From positions 232,996,001 through 233,060,000 of the forward strand of contig OZ024743.1 in NCBI GenBank assembly GCA_964016885.1: DNA of 64,000 nt, read 5' to 3'. The DNA comes from Eledone cirrhosa. Its lineage: Eukaryota. The first letter of the stretch is position 1; each line of letters opens with the position of its first letter. The position numbers were made by a program, and so were the translations under genes. Under the pieces are notes generated by a model. It ran no database searches and was not told the DNA's origin. It was given only the letters and a program-made list of their open reading frames with translations. Below, piece by piece: positions 13,595 through 25,720 of this stretch.

Positions 13595-13650
13595 ACTGCC
13601 TGATGAGGTCATAGCCATTCAATGGCTATCATCGAAATATGTATAGCAGT
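13595..13650 (+). ncRNA. Minimal type-I hammerhead ribozyme, intact core
   Basis: Stem I ACTGC/GCAGT; CTGATGA 13600-13606; stem II ATAGCCATT/AATGGCTAT; GAAA 13634-13637; near-palindromic stem III TATGTA; AATAAA follows. Confidence 0.85.
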
Positions 13651-13691
13651 AAATAAAGGATTATGAGTTCATGCAATTGATTTATGTTTCG

Positions 13692-13746
<55 letters not shown>

Positions 13747-13819
13747 TATTTATATATATATATATGTTTACAAACAATACTATATATACACTATATATGT
13801 TTACAAACAATAATATATA

Positions 13820-13849
<30 letters not shown>

Positions 13850-13851
<2 letters not shown>

Positions 13852-14342
13852 TTACAAACAAACCGAGCATTATAATAAATGTTCAGTAAACCCATACGTA
13901 CATATATATATATGTGTTCATGTATGTATATATATACATACTACTATACGTCTGTATACCTATATGTATGCACGTATACATACTTATATTTAAGTAACAG
14001 CCGTATTAAGAGTATATAAGGAAAGTATATACTTTCAGAAGTTCAATCATCTGGCAGAAAGGTATACGATGCTGACGATAGCTAATAAGCTTGAAACTAG
14101 TACATCGTGCCTTTGTCAGTGTTGAACAAAAGGGCAACGATGGTTGCTAAACACTGTACGGCTTAATGCGGGATGTTTGTTTACAAACGAAACCGAGCAT
14201 TATAATAAATGTTCGGTAAACCCATACGTACATATATATATATGTGTGCATGTATGTATATATATACATACCACTGTACGTCTGTATACATATATGTATG
14301 TACATACATACTTATATTTAAGTAACAGCCGTACTAAGAGTG
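13850..14342 (+). repeat. About 330-bp partial tandem repeat (1.5 units) carrying a hammerhead; retrozyme/pLTR-like
   Basis: GTTTACAAAC(G)AAACCGAGCATTATAATAAATG..AGTAACAGCCGTA repeated at 13850 and 14179. Confidence 0.75.
14061..14111 (+). ncRNA. Minimal type-I hammerhead ribozyme
   Basis: Stem I TACGATG/CATCGTG; CTGACGA 14072-14078; stem II AGCT/AGCT (closing pair T-T); GAAA 14093-14096; palindromic CTAG; GTA triplet. Confidence 0.8.
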
Positions 14343-14374
14343 AGATACATATATATACATATATATATATATAT

Positions 14375-14610
14375 ATTTCGTTTCTGAATTTGTTTAGCAA
14401 GATTCTTTATCTGAAATCGTGTGTTGAAACCGATATTGTTATACTTTGGGAGGGTCATGTTGCCAATAAGAAACACACGCACCAGTTGTTTCACTTCAAT
14501 TTATTATATATTTATAAATTTATAAATTTATAAATATATAATAAATTGAGGTGAAAGCACTTGGTGCGTGTGTTTCTTATTGGCAACATGACCCTCCCAA
14601 AGTATAACAA

Positions 14611-14612
<2 letters not shown>
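14375..14612. mobile_element. Solo fold-back of the pLTR end of the 38.6-41.9 kb PLE family
   Basis: Arms about 14433-14520/14522-14612 near-identical to 38670-38760 and 41820-41903; tail on the left arm only. Confidence 0.85.
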
Positions 14613-14647
<35 letters not shown>

Positions 14648-14716
14648 ATATATACATACATACATACATACATACATACATACATACATACATACATACA
14701 TACATACATACATACA

Positions 14717-14780
<64 letters not shown>

Positions 14781-14783
<3 letters not shown>

Positions 14784-14895
14784 GTTTCTACTTTAGGCAC
14801 AAGGTCAGCAATAACCCAGTGCATTAGTGGTACTTTATTTTATCGACCTCGTAAGGATGAAAGTCAAAGTCAACCTCGGCGGGATTTGAACTCAC
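14781..14895 (-). mobile_element. tRNA-derived SINE (CTTTCATCCTTNCGGGGTCGATAAA family), partial
   Basis: Reverse complement of B-box TGAGTTCAAAT, conserved central domain and CCTTGTGCCTAAAGTAGAAAC 3' end shared by many copies in the window. Confidence 0.8.
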
Positions 14896-15787
14896 ATATA
14901 TACATTATATATATATAATGTATATATGTGTGTTAAGAGAGATGGGGAGAGAGAGAGATAGACAGACAGTGTGAATGGCAGTGAGAGAAGTGAGAAATAA
15001 ACGAGAAAACAATAAAATGCAAAAGAATCCGAAAAAAAATATTAGTTAAGTCTGAGACAGCAGGAAGTATTCATAAGGTGTGCCGTTAATTATTTTACAT
15101 ATCTCACCTGACAATCATAATAGGAGAATAGCTTCCTAGCTCTCATATTATGGTATGCAGTATGACGAATGGCTTGTATGTGTGTCCGTGTGTGTGTGGG
15201 TGTGTCTGTGTGTGTGTGTGTGTGTGTAAAACCAGAAGAACATACTTAGTTTTTTAACGCCAATACATGTAAAAATGTATGAGGAAGAATATTGTATATG
15301 TATACATTTGTGTGTGTCTGTGCGTGCGCGCGTGTGTGCGTGCGTATGTGTGTGTGCGCGTGCTTGTGTGTGTGTGTGTGCGTGTGTGTGTGCGTCTGTG
15401 TGTGTGTGTAAAACCAGAAGAACAAACGTAGCTTTTTAACGCCAATACAATTATAAATTTAAGAAGAAGAATATTGTGTATGTATACATTTGTGTGTCTG
15501 TGTGTGCGTGCGTGCGCGCCGCGCGTGTGTGTGTGTGTGTGCGCGTGTGCGTGTGTGTGTGCGCGTGTGTGTGTGTGTGTGAGTGAGTGAATGCGTGTCT
15601 ATGTCTTTTTATAAGCGGGGAAGTGTTTGCAGGGGTATGCTCTTACCAGTGCATATGTTTGTTTGACTGTATTGGGCTTCTTTGTTTTTTGGGGGGAGGG
15701 GGTTTGTTTAGTTTTGTTGTGTTGTTGTATGAAAGTTTAAGCCTAAAATCTATAGTTTCAGTGGTTTCTTATTATATTTAAATATAG

Positions 15788-15925
15788 AGCGGCTGACTCG
15801 TTAGAACGTCAAGTTAAATGCTTCCGTAGTTGTTTCCGCTGACTGATCTTTGAGTTCAAATGCCACCAAGGCTTCCTTTCATCCTTTCGAGGTCGATAAA
15901 TGAAGTACCAATCCAGTACTGGGCT
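15788..15925 (+). mobile_element. tRNA-derived SINE, same family
   Basis: TGAGTTCAAAT..CTTTCATCCTTTCGAGGTCGATAAATGAAGTACC. Confidence 0.75.
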
Positions 15926-15946
15926 TGGTTCTTCTTTCTCACTTTA

Positions 15947-15985
<39 letters not shown>

Positions 15986-16184
15986 GATGATATATATTTT
16001 TTGTTACGCTGAAAAACCGAGTCCACCCAATACGAGTAGGTGATGGACAGAAAAAATTGTTTTGTCCTTCCTTCCATTATATATATATATATATGTGTGT
16101 GTAAAAGGTAAACAGAAATAACACAATCGGTACAGTATATGGAAGGAATATGTTAGGTTAACGCTTCAAATAGCAGGAAGAGTG

Positions 16185-16220
16185 TCTTAACGTTTCGGAT
16201 GGTAGTCCTTCATCGGAAGA
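16185..16220 (-). ncRNA. Minimal hammerhead remnant (core CCGATGA)
   Basis: Minus strand TCTT-CCGATGA-A-GGA ctacca TCC-GAAA-CG-TT-AAGA. Confidence 0.6.
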
Positions 16221-16343
16221 AAGAATGTGAAATTAGAAAGATTGATGGGACGGGCAGGACGGAATCGGAATATATATATATATGAAAGACGTAGAATAGG
16301 GAAATTTTAAAAATTAAAAATCAACTTACTTACTAAAATGTTC

Positions 16344-16425
16344 ACTCCAACTAATTAGTTTCTGTACGGGGATAAATATAGTTACATAATATAACTGTAG
16401 AGAATTCCTTACGTCATCAGGGAGT
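16344..16425 (-). ncRNA. Type-I hammerhead with extended stem II
   Basis: ACTCC-CTGATGA-long stem II-GAAA-CTAATTAG-TT-GGAGT. Confidence 0.8.
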
Positions 16426-16884
16426 CTATTCTCAGCTAAGTTCCCAGGCGATGCGCGGACACTAGGAACCCATATAAAAATAATAATAATAATTCAGTGG
16501 ATGGAACAAAGCAAGCGAGGACTAAATTCCGGAACACTGAAAAGATTCACTGCCTCTGGTCAGTGGCAGATTCTAAAGAATCAATCACGTGACACCGAGG
16601 TTAATCAGTTAGGAGCAGGGTGGTATTATGACAAGAGCCTACTACTACAATGAATCAGCAGTAAATTTTGGCAAGTTTTGCTCAACAAATAATTTGGAGA
16701 TATATATAGAGAATTAGTAAATTTACCAACATATGTGTACAGATGTTCACCTATGCTAGCAAATATATATGTTATGTCTTAGTACCTTTGTGGTTCTATG
16801 CAGGGGGATGCAGAGCAATTATATGAAAGACGTAGAATAAGAAAATTTTAAAAATTAAAAATCAACTTACTTACTAAAATTTTC

Positions 16885-16966
16885 ACTCCAACTAATTAGT
16901 TTCTGTAAGGGGATAAATATAGTTACATAATATAACTGTAGAGAATTCCTTACGTCATCAGGGAGT
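16885..16966 (-). ncRNA. Type-I hammerhead with extended stem II
   Basis: As above; stem II base GTAAGG/CCTTAC. Confidence 0.85.
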
Positions 16967-17227
16967 CTATTCTCAGCTAAGTTCCCAGGCGATGCGCGGA
17001 CACTAGGAACCCATATAAAAATAATAATAAATCAGTGGATGGAACAAAGCTAGCGAGGACTAAATTCCAGAGCACTGAAAAAATTCACTGCCTCTGGTCA
17101 GTGGCAGATTCTAAAGAATCAATCACGTGACACTGAGTTTAATCAGTTAGGAGCGGGGTGGTATTATGACAAGAGCCTACTACTACCATGAATTAGCAGT
17201 AACTATACATATACTTACACACACACA

Positions 17228-17307
<80 letters not shown>

Positions 17308-17424
17308 TACATATATATATATGATTGAAAGCAACATTTTTTGCTTTTAAGAAACCACTGGTAAATGAAATAATTGCCTTATGTTGTTTATTACATAACT
17401 ATATATATATATATATACACATTG

Positions 17425-17445
17425 ATCTGTGTATTTTCTCTCTCA

Positions 17446-17497
<52 letters not shown>

Positions 17498-18019
17498 AAT
17501 TAGTATATCTACCAACATATATATACAGATGCATACCTATGCTAGCAAATATATAGGTTTTGTCTTAGTAACTTTGTGGTTCAATGCAAGGGGATGCATA
17601 ACAATTATCTGAAAGACGTAAAATAAGAAAATTATAAAAATTTACTTACTTACTAAAATTTCACTCCAACTAATTAGTTTCTGAAAGGGAATAGACATGG
17701 TTTCCGATTGGAACAACATGGAGAAATACTCTTTCGTCATCAGGGAGATCTGTTCTCAGCTAAGTTCCCAGACATTTTTCAATGTCCTGGAATTTAGTCC
17801 TCGCTTGCTTTTTTCCATCCACTGAATTATTTTTGCATAAGTTCCCTGTGTCCACGCATTGCCTGGGAACTTAGCTGAGAACAGATCTCCCTGATGACGA
17901 AAGGATATTTCTCCATGTTGTTCCAATCGGAAACCATGTTTATTCCCTTTCAGAAACTAATTAGTTGGAGTGAAATTTTAGTAAGTAAGTAAATTTTTAT
18001 AATTTTCTTATTTTACGTC

Positions 18020-18065
<46 letters not shown>

Positions 18066-18086
18066 TGAGAGAGAAAATACACAGAT
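17425..18086. mobile_element. Fold-back copy of a diverged subfamily of the 541-bp element, with inverted outer flanks
   Basis: Arms about 17610-17772/17860-18025; hammerheads at 17663-17748 (-) and 17887-17970 (+); outer inverted repeat ATCTGTGTATTTTCTCTCTCAGT 17425-17447/18064-18086 beyond the (TA)n tracts. Confidence 0.85.
17887..17970 (+). ncRNA. Type-I hammerhead with extended stem II
   Basis: CTCC-CTGATGA (17891-17897)-GAAAGG..CATG..TTCC aatc GGAA..CATG..CCTTTC-GAAA (17953-17956)-CTAATTAG-TT-GGAG. Confidence 0.85.
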
Positions 18087-18247
18087 AAATATACACGTAG
18101 ATATTCTGACATTAAGCATAGAGTCGAGATATTTATATGTATCGCATAATTTTTATATATATTATATATTTATATATCATCTTGAAATTTCTCTCTTGAA
18201 GTATGCTTTTGCTCCATTCAAATGGAAGACATATATGCAGCATTTCA

Positions 18248-18283
<36 letters not shown>

Positions 18284-18451
18284 CAGAATGAATGCAATAA
18301 AAGCCAGTTTCACCATTATTCACCAGATTACTCGATACATTCGGGACCTCGACGGCTGAGCTCCTGCCGTATCAACACTTAGATCCGAACATATATACAT
18401 ATATATTTATTATATTATATTATTTTTTATATATATATAATACATATGTGT

Positions 18452-18489
<38 letters not shown>

Positions 18490-18669
18490 ATTTGAACTGG
18501 ATGTGTCAGTTTACCGCGCATGCCTGCAGTATATATTTTAAAATTTAACATGGACGTCTTATTTTTAACGTATATCGTGCGGGGTTGCTGTTACTTTGTA
18601 TTGTAAGTTCCTCAGATATACAATCTTTCTTTAACTGCTTCTTATTTCGTCATTTCTTTATATATATGT

Positions 18670-18898
<229 letters not shown>

Positions 18899-19977
18899 GC
18901 ATACGTGTGTACATGTGTGTATAATTGTTTATTTATTTTGTAACCTCGTGAGGCAACATCCAACTGAGGTTTTTTTTATATATATATATTTCCGAGAGAA
19001 AAACGACTAAATATTTAAAGAAGAGAAAGAAATAACTTTTATGTATTCTCTATTAATACTTTTTATATAAATCTTGTCTATATGTATTTCAGGATACGGT
19101 CGATTCGATTGTAGTGAAGTTTGGAGCAAAACAGATTTGTCTGACATATAAGCGGCTCACATAACCACATAACCAATATCCAAATGCTCTTACAAATATT
19201 TTTCAATCTTAAATAGACTGTAAATGGAAATATTTTAAAGCGTTATACTCCAATATATTTTCATATTATCCTCATACTTATTCTGAGTAACCAGTAATAT
19301 TCCAAATAAACAAATTTGCTTCATACATAAAATACCTCTTAAACAATTTTACGAAATAAAATCAATATTAGAATGGTAAAACTTCGGACACTATGCTTTG
19401 CAGCATAGCGTTATGGCACTGTAGCAAACTACTTTCCTTTGGCGCATTGATACCCTTTCCGTACGTTGTTTGGCTGAGTTGAGCCAACCGCTATCAGCGT
19501 AGGGATATGTATTGTCAACTTCCACCCAAACCGAAAAATTCCCGCTTCTTTTAATAAACTAATTCTCTTTGCGCATGAACTGCGGTAAGATAAATACCTA
19601 TTCTTTTTTCGCTTCGCAAACATCATTCCAATATGTAACTACAAATCATTACCGCGTCTGGCTTCTCACTTCAGCCACTGGACCGCGTCTTCTCTTACAG
19701 ATCTTAATTTGTTTGTTCATTTCTGTCGGCATGCCAATCAGGGTTAATACAGCTCTTCTCACCTTAAACATTGTTAATAAATCCTGTTACAACGAACTAC
19801 ATGTTGTCGTCAACATTATTTTATCTTATTTCTAAACTGGTTACTATTACATGCTGCTATACTGATGACATAATACATCATCATCTTATGTTATAAACTG
19901 CTTCACTGGTGACTTCTGTTGATACACAATACACAAATACAAATATTATCATTCTCATTAATATCTTATTAAATACG

Positions 19978-20140
19978 ATCTTCAGCCCTTTATGTTCTGA
20001 GTTCAAATCCTACCGAGGTTAACTTTACCTTTCATCCTTACGGGGTTGATAAAATAAAGTACCAATAACGCATTGGGGTCGATTTAATTGACTTTCCCCT
20101 CCCCCAAAAATTATTTGCATTTTGCCTAAATCAGAAATCA
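19978..20140 (+). mobile_element. tRNA-derived SINE, same family as 14781
   Basis: CTGAGTTCAAATCC..CTTTCATCCTTACGGGGTTGATAAAATAAAGTACC. Confidence 0.8.
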
Positions 20141-20164
20141 TTATTACCATCATTATCATCATCA

Positions 20165-21492
20165 TCTACATGTAATTTACTAGTTAGTCTGTTTTGTTCG
20201 CTGAACATCAAGCCACTACCGATGGCGTGAGATATTCGGTTAATATTTTCAGGATATAGCTGTGATATTAAAATATGTTTCATGTAGTGTTGCAAGGTTT
20301 ATTGATGACCATTTGGTGATATATTCAGACACTGTACATTGTCATCCCATTAAATTTGAAACTATTATTATGTGTTTCCATTTGCGGCTTTTTTTTAGTT
20401 CTCACTTTAGATCCTGGTATTTATCTACCTTCTTGTTTTATTTTTCTTCCACCCTGATGTCGTTAGGGCATGCTACATTTATTATCTCAAAAGCTCTATC
20501 TTTCTTTAGATATTGCTTCCCAAAGTAGGTTCCACAAAGGAGTGTCTGAGGTTCTGTGAAAAAAGGTAGATGAGTATTATATTACGACCATATAACACTA
20601 TTAGACTTTGGAATGCCCCTAAAAGTATCTGAACCAAAAAGGTTCAGATTCGTTTGGGGTTCGTTTGAAAAGTTTGGGAAACTTTGTTCTAGTACAACTT
20701 TATCTGGTTTGTAATGTTCCAGATGTTTGTCTGTCTGGACTTTCGTGTCGCATAAAATATTTACTTTACATTTTCAACAACTTTCGCAGGTCTATTTTCG
20801 TACCACTTATCTGGGTTTTCTATACTTTGTGTTTTGTACTGTCAATGGATAACTGATACAAATTTGTCGTGTCTCCAGCATTTATGCTTTTATGTGCCAG
20901 GTTCTTACTCTCTCATACAACGTGAGTCATATACTCTTTCGCCATATACTCAACAAAGTTTTGATATATCTTCCTTCGCAGTATGTCTTCTGACATATAA
21001 TCTTATTGCCTCCTCTTGTGCTGCAATTTTCTCCAAGCCATTTCATACGTCCTAAGTCCAATTGCTTTCAAATGCAATGTTTTTCAAAAAATTCCATGTA
21101 TTTTGTCTGTTCTGCTTTCCATGTTTCATTTCTCTTTTCTTGCTTCACAGCTCTCAGAATTTTCCTTGCATTCTCACACATACTTCGACAAAACAGTGTT
21201 TCTCCTTTGCAACACAATCTCTTACACTAATCAAACTTCTTCTACCATCACATATTTTCATTTGCTGTCTATCAATACCGTCTTTTATGAAACATATCAT
21301 ATATTGTCAGCAACTTTCTAGGTTTCCTATCAATATCCTGTATTTCTTTGGTGTTCCAGTTAATTATACCTGTACTGTATCAAATGATCAATGCAGCATA
21401 TATTTTGATAGCTGTGATGACATTTCTACTATTCAGGTGAGAGTTTAATATTTTCTTCGTCATTTCGCAACTATTTTCTAGTAGTAGTAGTA

Positions 21493-21523
<31 letters not shown>

Positions 21524-22550
21524 GGTGGTGGTGGTGGTGTTGTCAGTTTCTAAAACTCCTAAATACTTGTAACCGGATTCCTTAACTATTTGTTTTATTC
21601 TTTCACCTGTAAGAAATTCAATTCCTCCTATCTCGGACAATTTGCCTCTTTTTTATAGAAAAGATACTTGTTAATTCTGAATTCTATTTTTATGTCTACC
21701 AAAGTGTTAAATTGTTCCTTGATCCTTATCAAATAATTTCAAGTCTTCCACGAACACTAAGTAATTGATATTTTGTTAACCTTTCTAATTCATACTCTCC
21801 TTTTATATTTCTAGAGATATAAGTCATACTTATCAAACTGAATATAAATACTAATACTGATAACCTGTTCCCTTGGAATATTCTTCCCTTTATCATAACG
21901 TTATCAAGATTTTCACTGACCGTTGTGAAGTCTATCTCCCAGTGGCCCTTACTATATCTGACGATGATATCAGTCATTTGGATGATATCAGTCATTTTCT
22001 TTTGTTTTGTATTTCAATATGAGCTCAGTTGTTCCTTCAGTTAACCATTTGGGGATATTCTTAGATATTGTAATGACTTCAAATTCTTAGTCCAATCACC
22101 TCGTACTTTGTCTTTGTTTCGTGATTTCCCATTTGAGAGTTGATGTTGTTTTTCACTTGTCTTCGAATCATGTCTGATTAGGTTCTCTTGTTTTTCGTCT
22201 TTCTTATTCACTTCACTTTCCACTTTGAAACATCCACCCTGCCTCTCTTCATTACGTTTCACAATGCTCTATATGCCATGCCAAAATCCCTTGGTCTTTT
22301 TAGCGTCTGGAATAACATGGTTTCTGCGTTCTATTCCTTTCAAATTTCTAATAGCTTCTTCGGTTATTTTGACAAAGCCTGTTCTTCCGGAAATGTTCTG
22401 CTCCATTTTTGTACTCTTTGATTCTAACACCTCTTACAGTCACCTTTTACTTTAATCTCTCTATTACTACTTTAGTACTTCGTTCTTTAACCCTATAGCT
22501 TTCCATGTCATTAGTTTTCCGAGAAGACTTTGGTTTTTAACTGACGTTTT
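20165..22550 (-). mobile_element. Heavily degraded R4/Dong-like LINE
   Basis: Minus-strand remnants IKGRIFQGNRLS, ESGYKYLGVLE, LNSHLNSRNVITAI, WRHD; 3' end GTAGTGGCTTGAT as in the 43.1-kb copy. Confidence 0.75.
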
Positions 22551-22947
22551 TGTGTGGGGGGGGGGGGCTGTATACGAATGGGGGGGGGGGAGTCAAGACT
22601 GCATATCTCTTTTCATAGCTAGTAAATTTGATTATTAATTCGTCTTTACCATCAAGGCTCCATCTTTCTCGTATTTTCTCTCGTCTTTACTCATATAAGG
22701 CGCTCTATTACAACACTCACTGCTCTATATAGCTTATTACATACTTCCAGCCAGGTATCTTGACCCCTTTTAATGACTTTTATTCCTTGGATTTGATTAG
22801 TATTTAATTTATTGAACCCCAGAAAGAATGAAATGCCCAATTTACCTCAGAGGGATTTAAAATCAAAGCTCAGAGATACGAAAGAAATACTATTCGACGC
22901 TCTGATGGCATTACCAATGCTATAGGTAGATAGACACACACACACTC

Positions 22948-22986
<39 letters not shown>

Positions 22987-23020
22987 CGTGTGTAGACAGA
23001 TGGGTAAATAGATAGATATA

Positions 23021-23537
23021 TTTCTTTATTTGCCACAAGGGCGTACAAGAAATGGGACATTACAAGACGTGGCGGCGGAGGTTTTACATAAAAATTGTAT
23101 AAACTTTAACATTAATAATTAACAATAAACTATATATTAAAATAAAATAACAATCAAAATATCCAATACGTCCTTTTGGCAGGATACTGCCGGGACGTCC
23201 GTGCCTGTAGATTTTTGTCTCGAACTTCTAGAGCTACTCGGTAGCACTTCCAGGCCAGAGATCTCTGGAAATTATCCACAGATCCTGGACGGAAAGTCCT
23301 GCCGAACAGACTGGCCAGCTCTTCCACTTCAATGTCCAGAGTCTTCCCGAGAACGTCGTCACACTTATCCTCCACGAATCCCTTATAGAATGTTGACGTG
23401 GAGTCTCCTCTGATTGCCATTTCCGCTTGGTAGAGGGCTGTGAGCACCTGAACGCACAAGAGGTTGCCAGGCGCCCATTTAGGGTCTTCGCTTGACACAG
23501 GACTGCAGCTCCGTTGGCGAGATGAGTTGTGGAAAGG
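23021..23537 (-). mobile_element. Tx1-like LINE 3' fragment 1 in (GATA)n
   Basis: LTALYQA..DNFQRSLAWKCYR homologous to ORF2 of 25721-29158; 3' end TGTGGCAAATAAAGAAA. Confidence 0.85.
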
Positions 23538-23541
23538 ATAT

Positions 23542-23572
<31 letters not shown>

Positions 23573-23573
23573 T

Positions 23574-23685
23574 ATTTCTTTATTAGCCACAGGGGCACAA
23601 AAGAAGGGGACAAATACAAAGGGGGAAGTTTACATACAATAAAAACGTGTAAAATGTTATCACAGATGGAATTTAAAAGTTAGTC
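23574..23685 (-). mobile_element. Tx1-like LINE 3' UTR fragment 2 in (GATA)n
   Basis: Same 3' terminus, flanked on both sides by GATA repeats. Confidence 0.75.
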
Positions 23686-23720
<35 letters not shown>

Positions 23721-23747
23721 GAGATAGATATAATGCGTAACTAGATA

Positions 23748-25433
23748 TCTTTCTCTGTGTGTCACAGGGGCGCACAAAAATGGGATATTACAAGACGTGA
23801 CGGCGGGGGTTTTACATAAAATCTTTAACAATGGTGAATAACAATAAACTACATATAAAATAAATCAATTGAAATCCCCCTTGAGGGGGGGTACGCTACT
23901 GCGGGGTTGTTTTACACCCCATGGATAGAACAACCCTCAACATCAGGAACGGGTTTTGTAGGTGTACCCGTTTTCCCTGTTTATCTTCCTCAACCTAGAG
24001 GCTTATATACAGACAAGGCCCTTTTTCGCCACATCCACCCAACTTTCAGCGAATTTACTGGGGTGTAGCACCTCTGTCTCCACTCTCACCTTCCTTCTGA
24101 AGTGGTACTTAAAGAAGGGGATAAGTTGTTGTCAAGAGAGAAAGGCGTTTCCCCTCAGTCCTTTAAACCTCGTCCACCATATTACCTCTTTCGCCATAGC
24201 AACCAGACAGAAGAAAACCGCCCCTCCTTCATTCTTAAATGAAGGCGGTGGGGTGATCCTCACGATGGACTCGGCTGACAACAGGTGCTCATTTTCGGTC
24301 TTCGCTTAACCCAGGACTGCAGCTCTGTCAGCGAGACGAGTTGTGGAAGAGCTTGTCTCACAAACGACAGCCACACCGGTTCGCCGGTCAGGAATACATG
24401 GAGATGGCATAGCCTCAGTGCGTGTTTGCACATCATCAGCCACGAGATGCCCAGCCCTCCGTTAGAAGGGTGTTGACAGCAGATGGATCTCCTCACCAAT
24501 GGAGCCTGTTTCTTCTAGAGGAACTTCAAGAGTAGGCGTTCCATTTTGGTGAGGTGTTCGCGGGGACAAGGCACAACTGTCAAGCGGTAGTAGATGACGG
24601 ACGCTATGTAAGTGTTCGCGACCTCCGCTCGACCTTTCAAGGAGAGTTTGCACTCAGCCCAATTCTGGATCCTTCGCTGAGACCTCGTTCCAGTTCTTGT
24701 CCACCTGGAGGTCTGGACTAAACCAGACCCCGAGCAATTTCACCAGTCCTTCCGTCCAGCGTCCAACGACACTGTCGGAAGGCATGGGTTTGCCTCTCCA
24801 GTTGCAAACTGACAGACTTGTTTGGGTTTAGTCTTGCTCCTGTTAACGTTTCGTATTCCTGTAATAGGTTGCCGATTACCCCGATTTCCGAAGTTTTCGA
24901 CACCATTACGGTTACGTCGTCGGCATAGACCGACGCTGCTTTCCGAAGTCCTGGTTCGATCGGAATGCACTACAACAGCCCCAACTTCCGCAGTAATGGC
25001 ACGAGAGTCAGTACATACAGAATAAAGGAGAGAGGGCATCCCTGACGGATGGAACGCATGATTTGGAATGGCTCCAATAGGTAGCCATTCATCCTGACTG
25101 CCGAGCAGATACTGGTGTGCATGTTAGCGATCCAGCCGAGAGAAGACGAGACCGAAGCCAGCCGCCTTGAGAACCGCTTCCAAGTATTGATGGTCGACCC
25201 TATCAAATGCCTTAGACTGATCTAAATTGATCAGAGCCCCACCGAAGCCAGGTTTAGACCCTACCCTCTCTATGATTAATCGCATGAGGTGGAGGTTGTC
25301 GTGTATGAACCTGGTCGGGATTGCACACGATGCGCTTCCCCTACCAGGTTCTCGACGACACGCGCTAGCCTCGTTGCTAACACCTTGGTCAAAATCTTTA
25401 ACTCTGTGTTGAGCAGAGTTATGGGCCTGATAT
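23748..25433 (-). mobile_element. Tx1-like LINE fragment 3 (RT to 3' UTR, deleted and frameshifted)
   Basis: RPITLLNTELKILTKVLA, RSIRQGCPLS and MVRRSICCQHP remnants. Confidence 0.9.
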
Positions 25434-25720
25434 AATGCATAACTAGATAGATAGATATGTTTCTTTTATTTGCCACCAGGGCATCAAAAGTGGCACACGT
25501 ACAAAGGGGGGAGTTTACACAAAAAGGCGTCCTCAATAAGGAGGAGGCAATAACAAAATATAAAAATAAAATAAAATATAACAAAAAATAAAATTTATAA
25601 CAAAATCCTCAATAGAGAGAAGGCGCCTTGGGGGGTCGCACACACCCCCGAAAAAAGTGTGCAACCCTTTTCCTCAGGAGCACAGAGAGGGGTGCTCCCT
25701 CGTTCCTTCCTCCTTTCCAC

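Larger units (their letters stand above)
16281..17202 (-). mobile_element. 541-bp tandem repeat (about 1.7 units), one hammerhead per unit; ORF-less retrozyme/pLTR-like element
   Basis: Unit starts TATGAAAGACGTAG at 16281 and 16822; hammerheads at 16344-16425 and 16885-16966 (minus). Confidence 0.85.

Noticed and set aside
15170-15580. Short tandem duplications (also 32200-32480, 46988-47150)
   Set aside because: Ordinary local duplications with no ribozyme or TE hallmark
16281-17202. CRISPR-like or prokaryotic repeat system
   Set aside because: No short repeat-spacer array or cas genes; context is eukaryotic retroelement DNA
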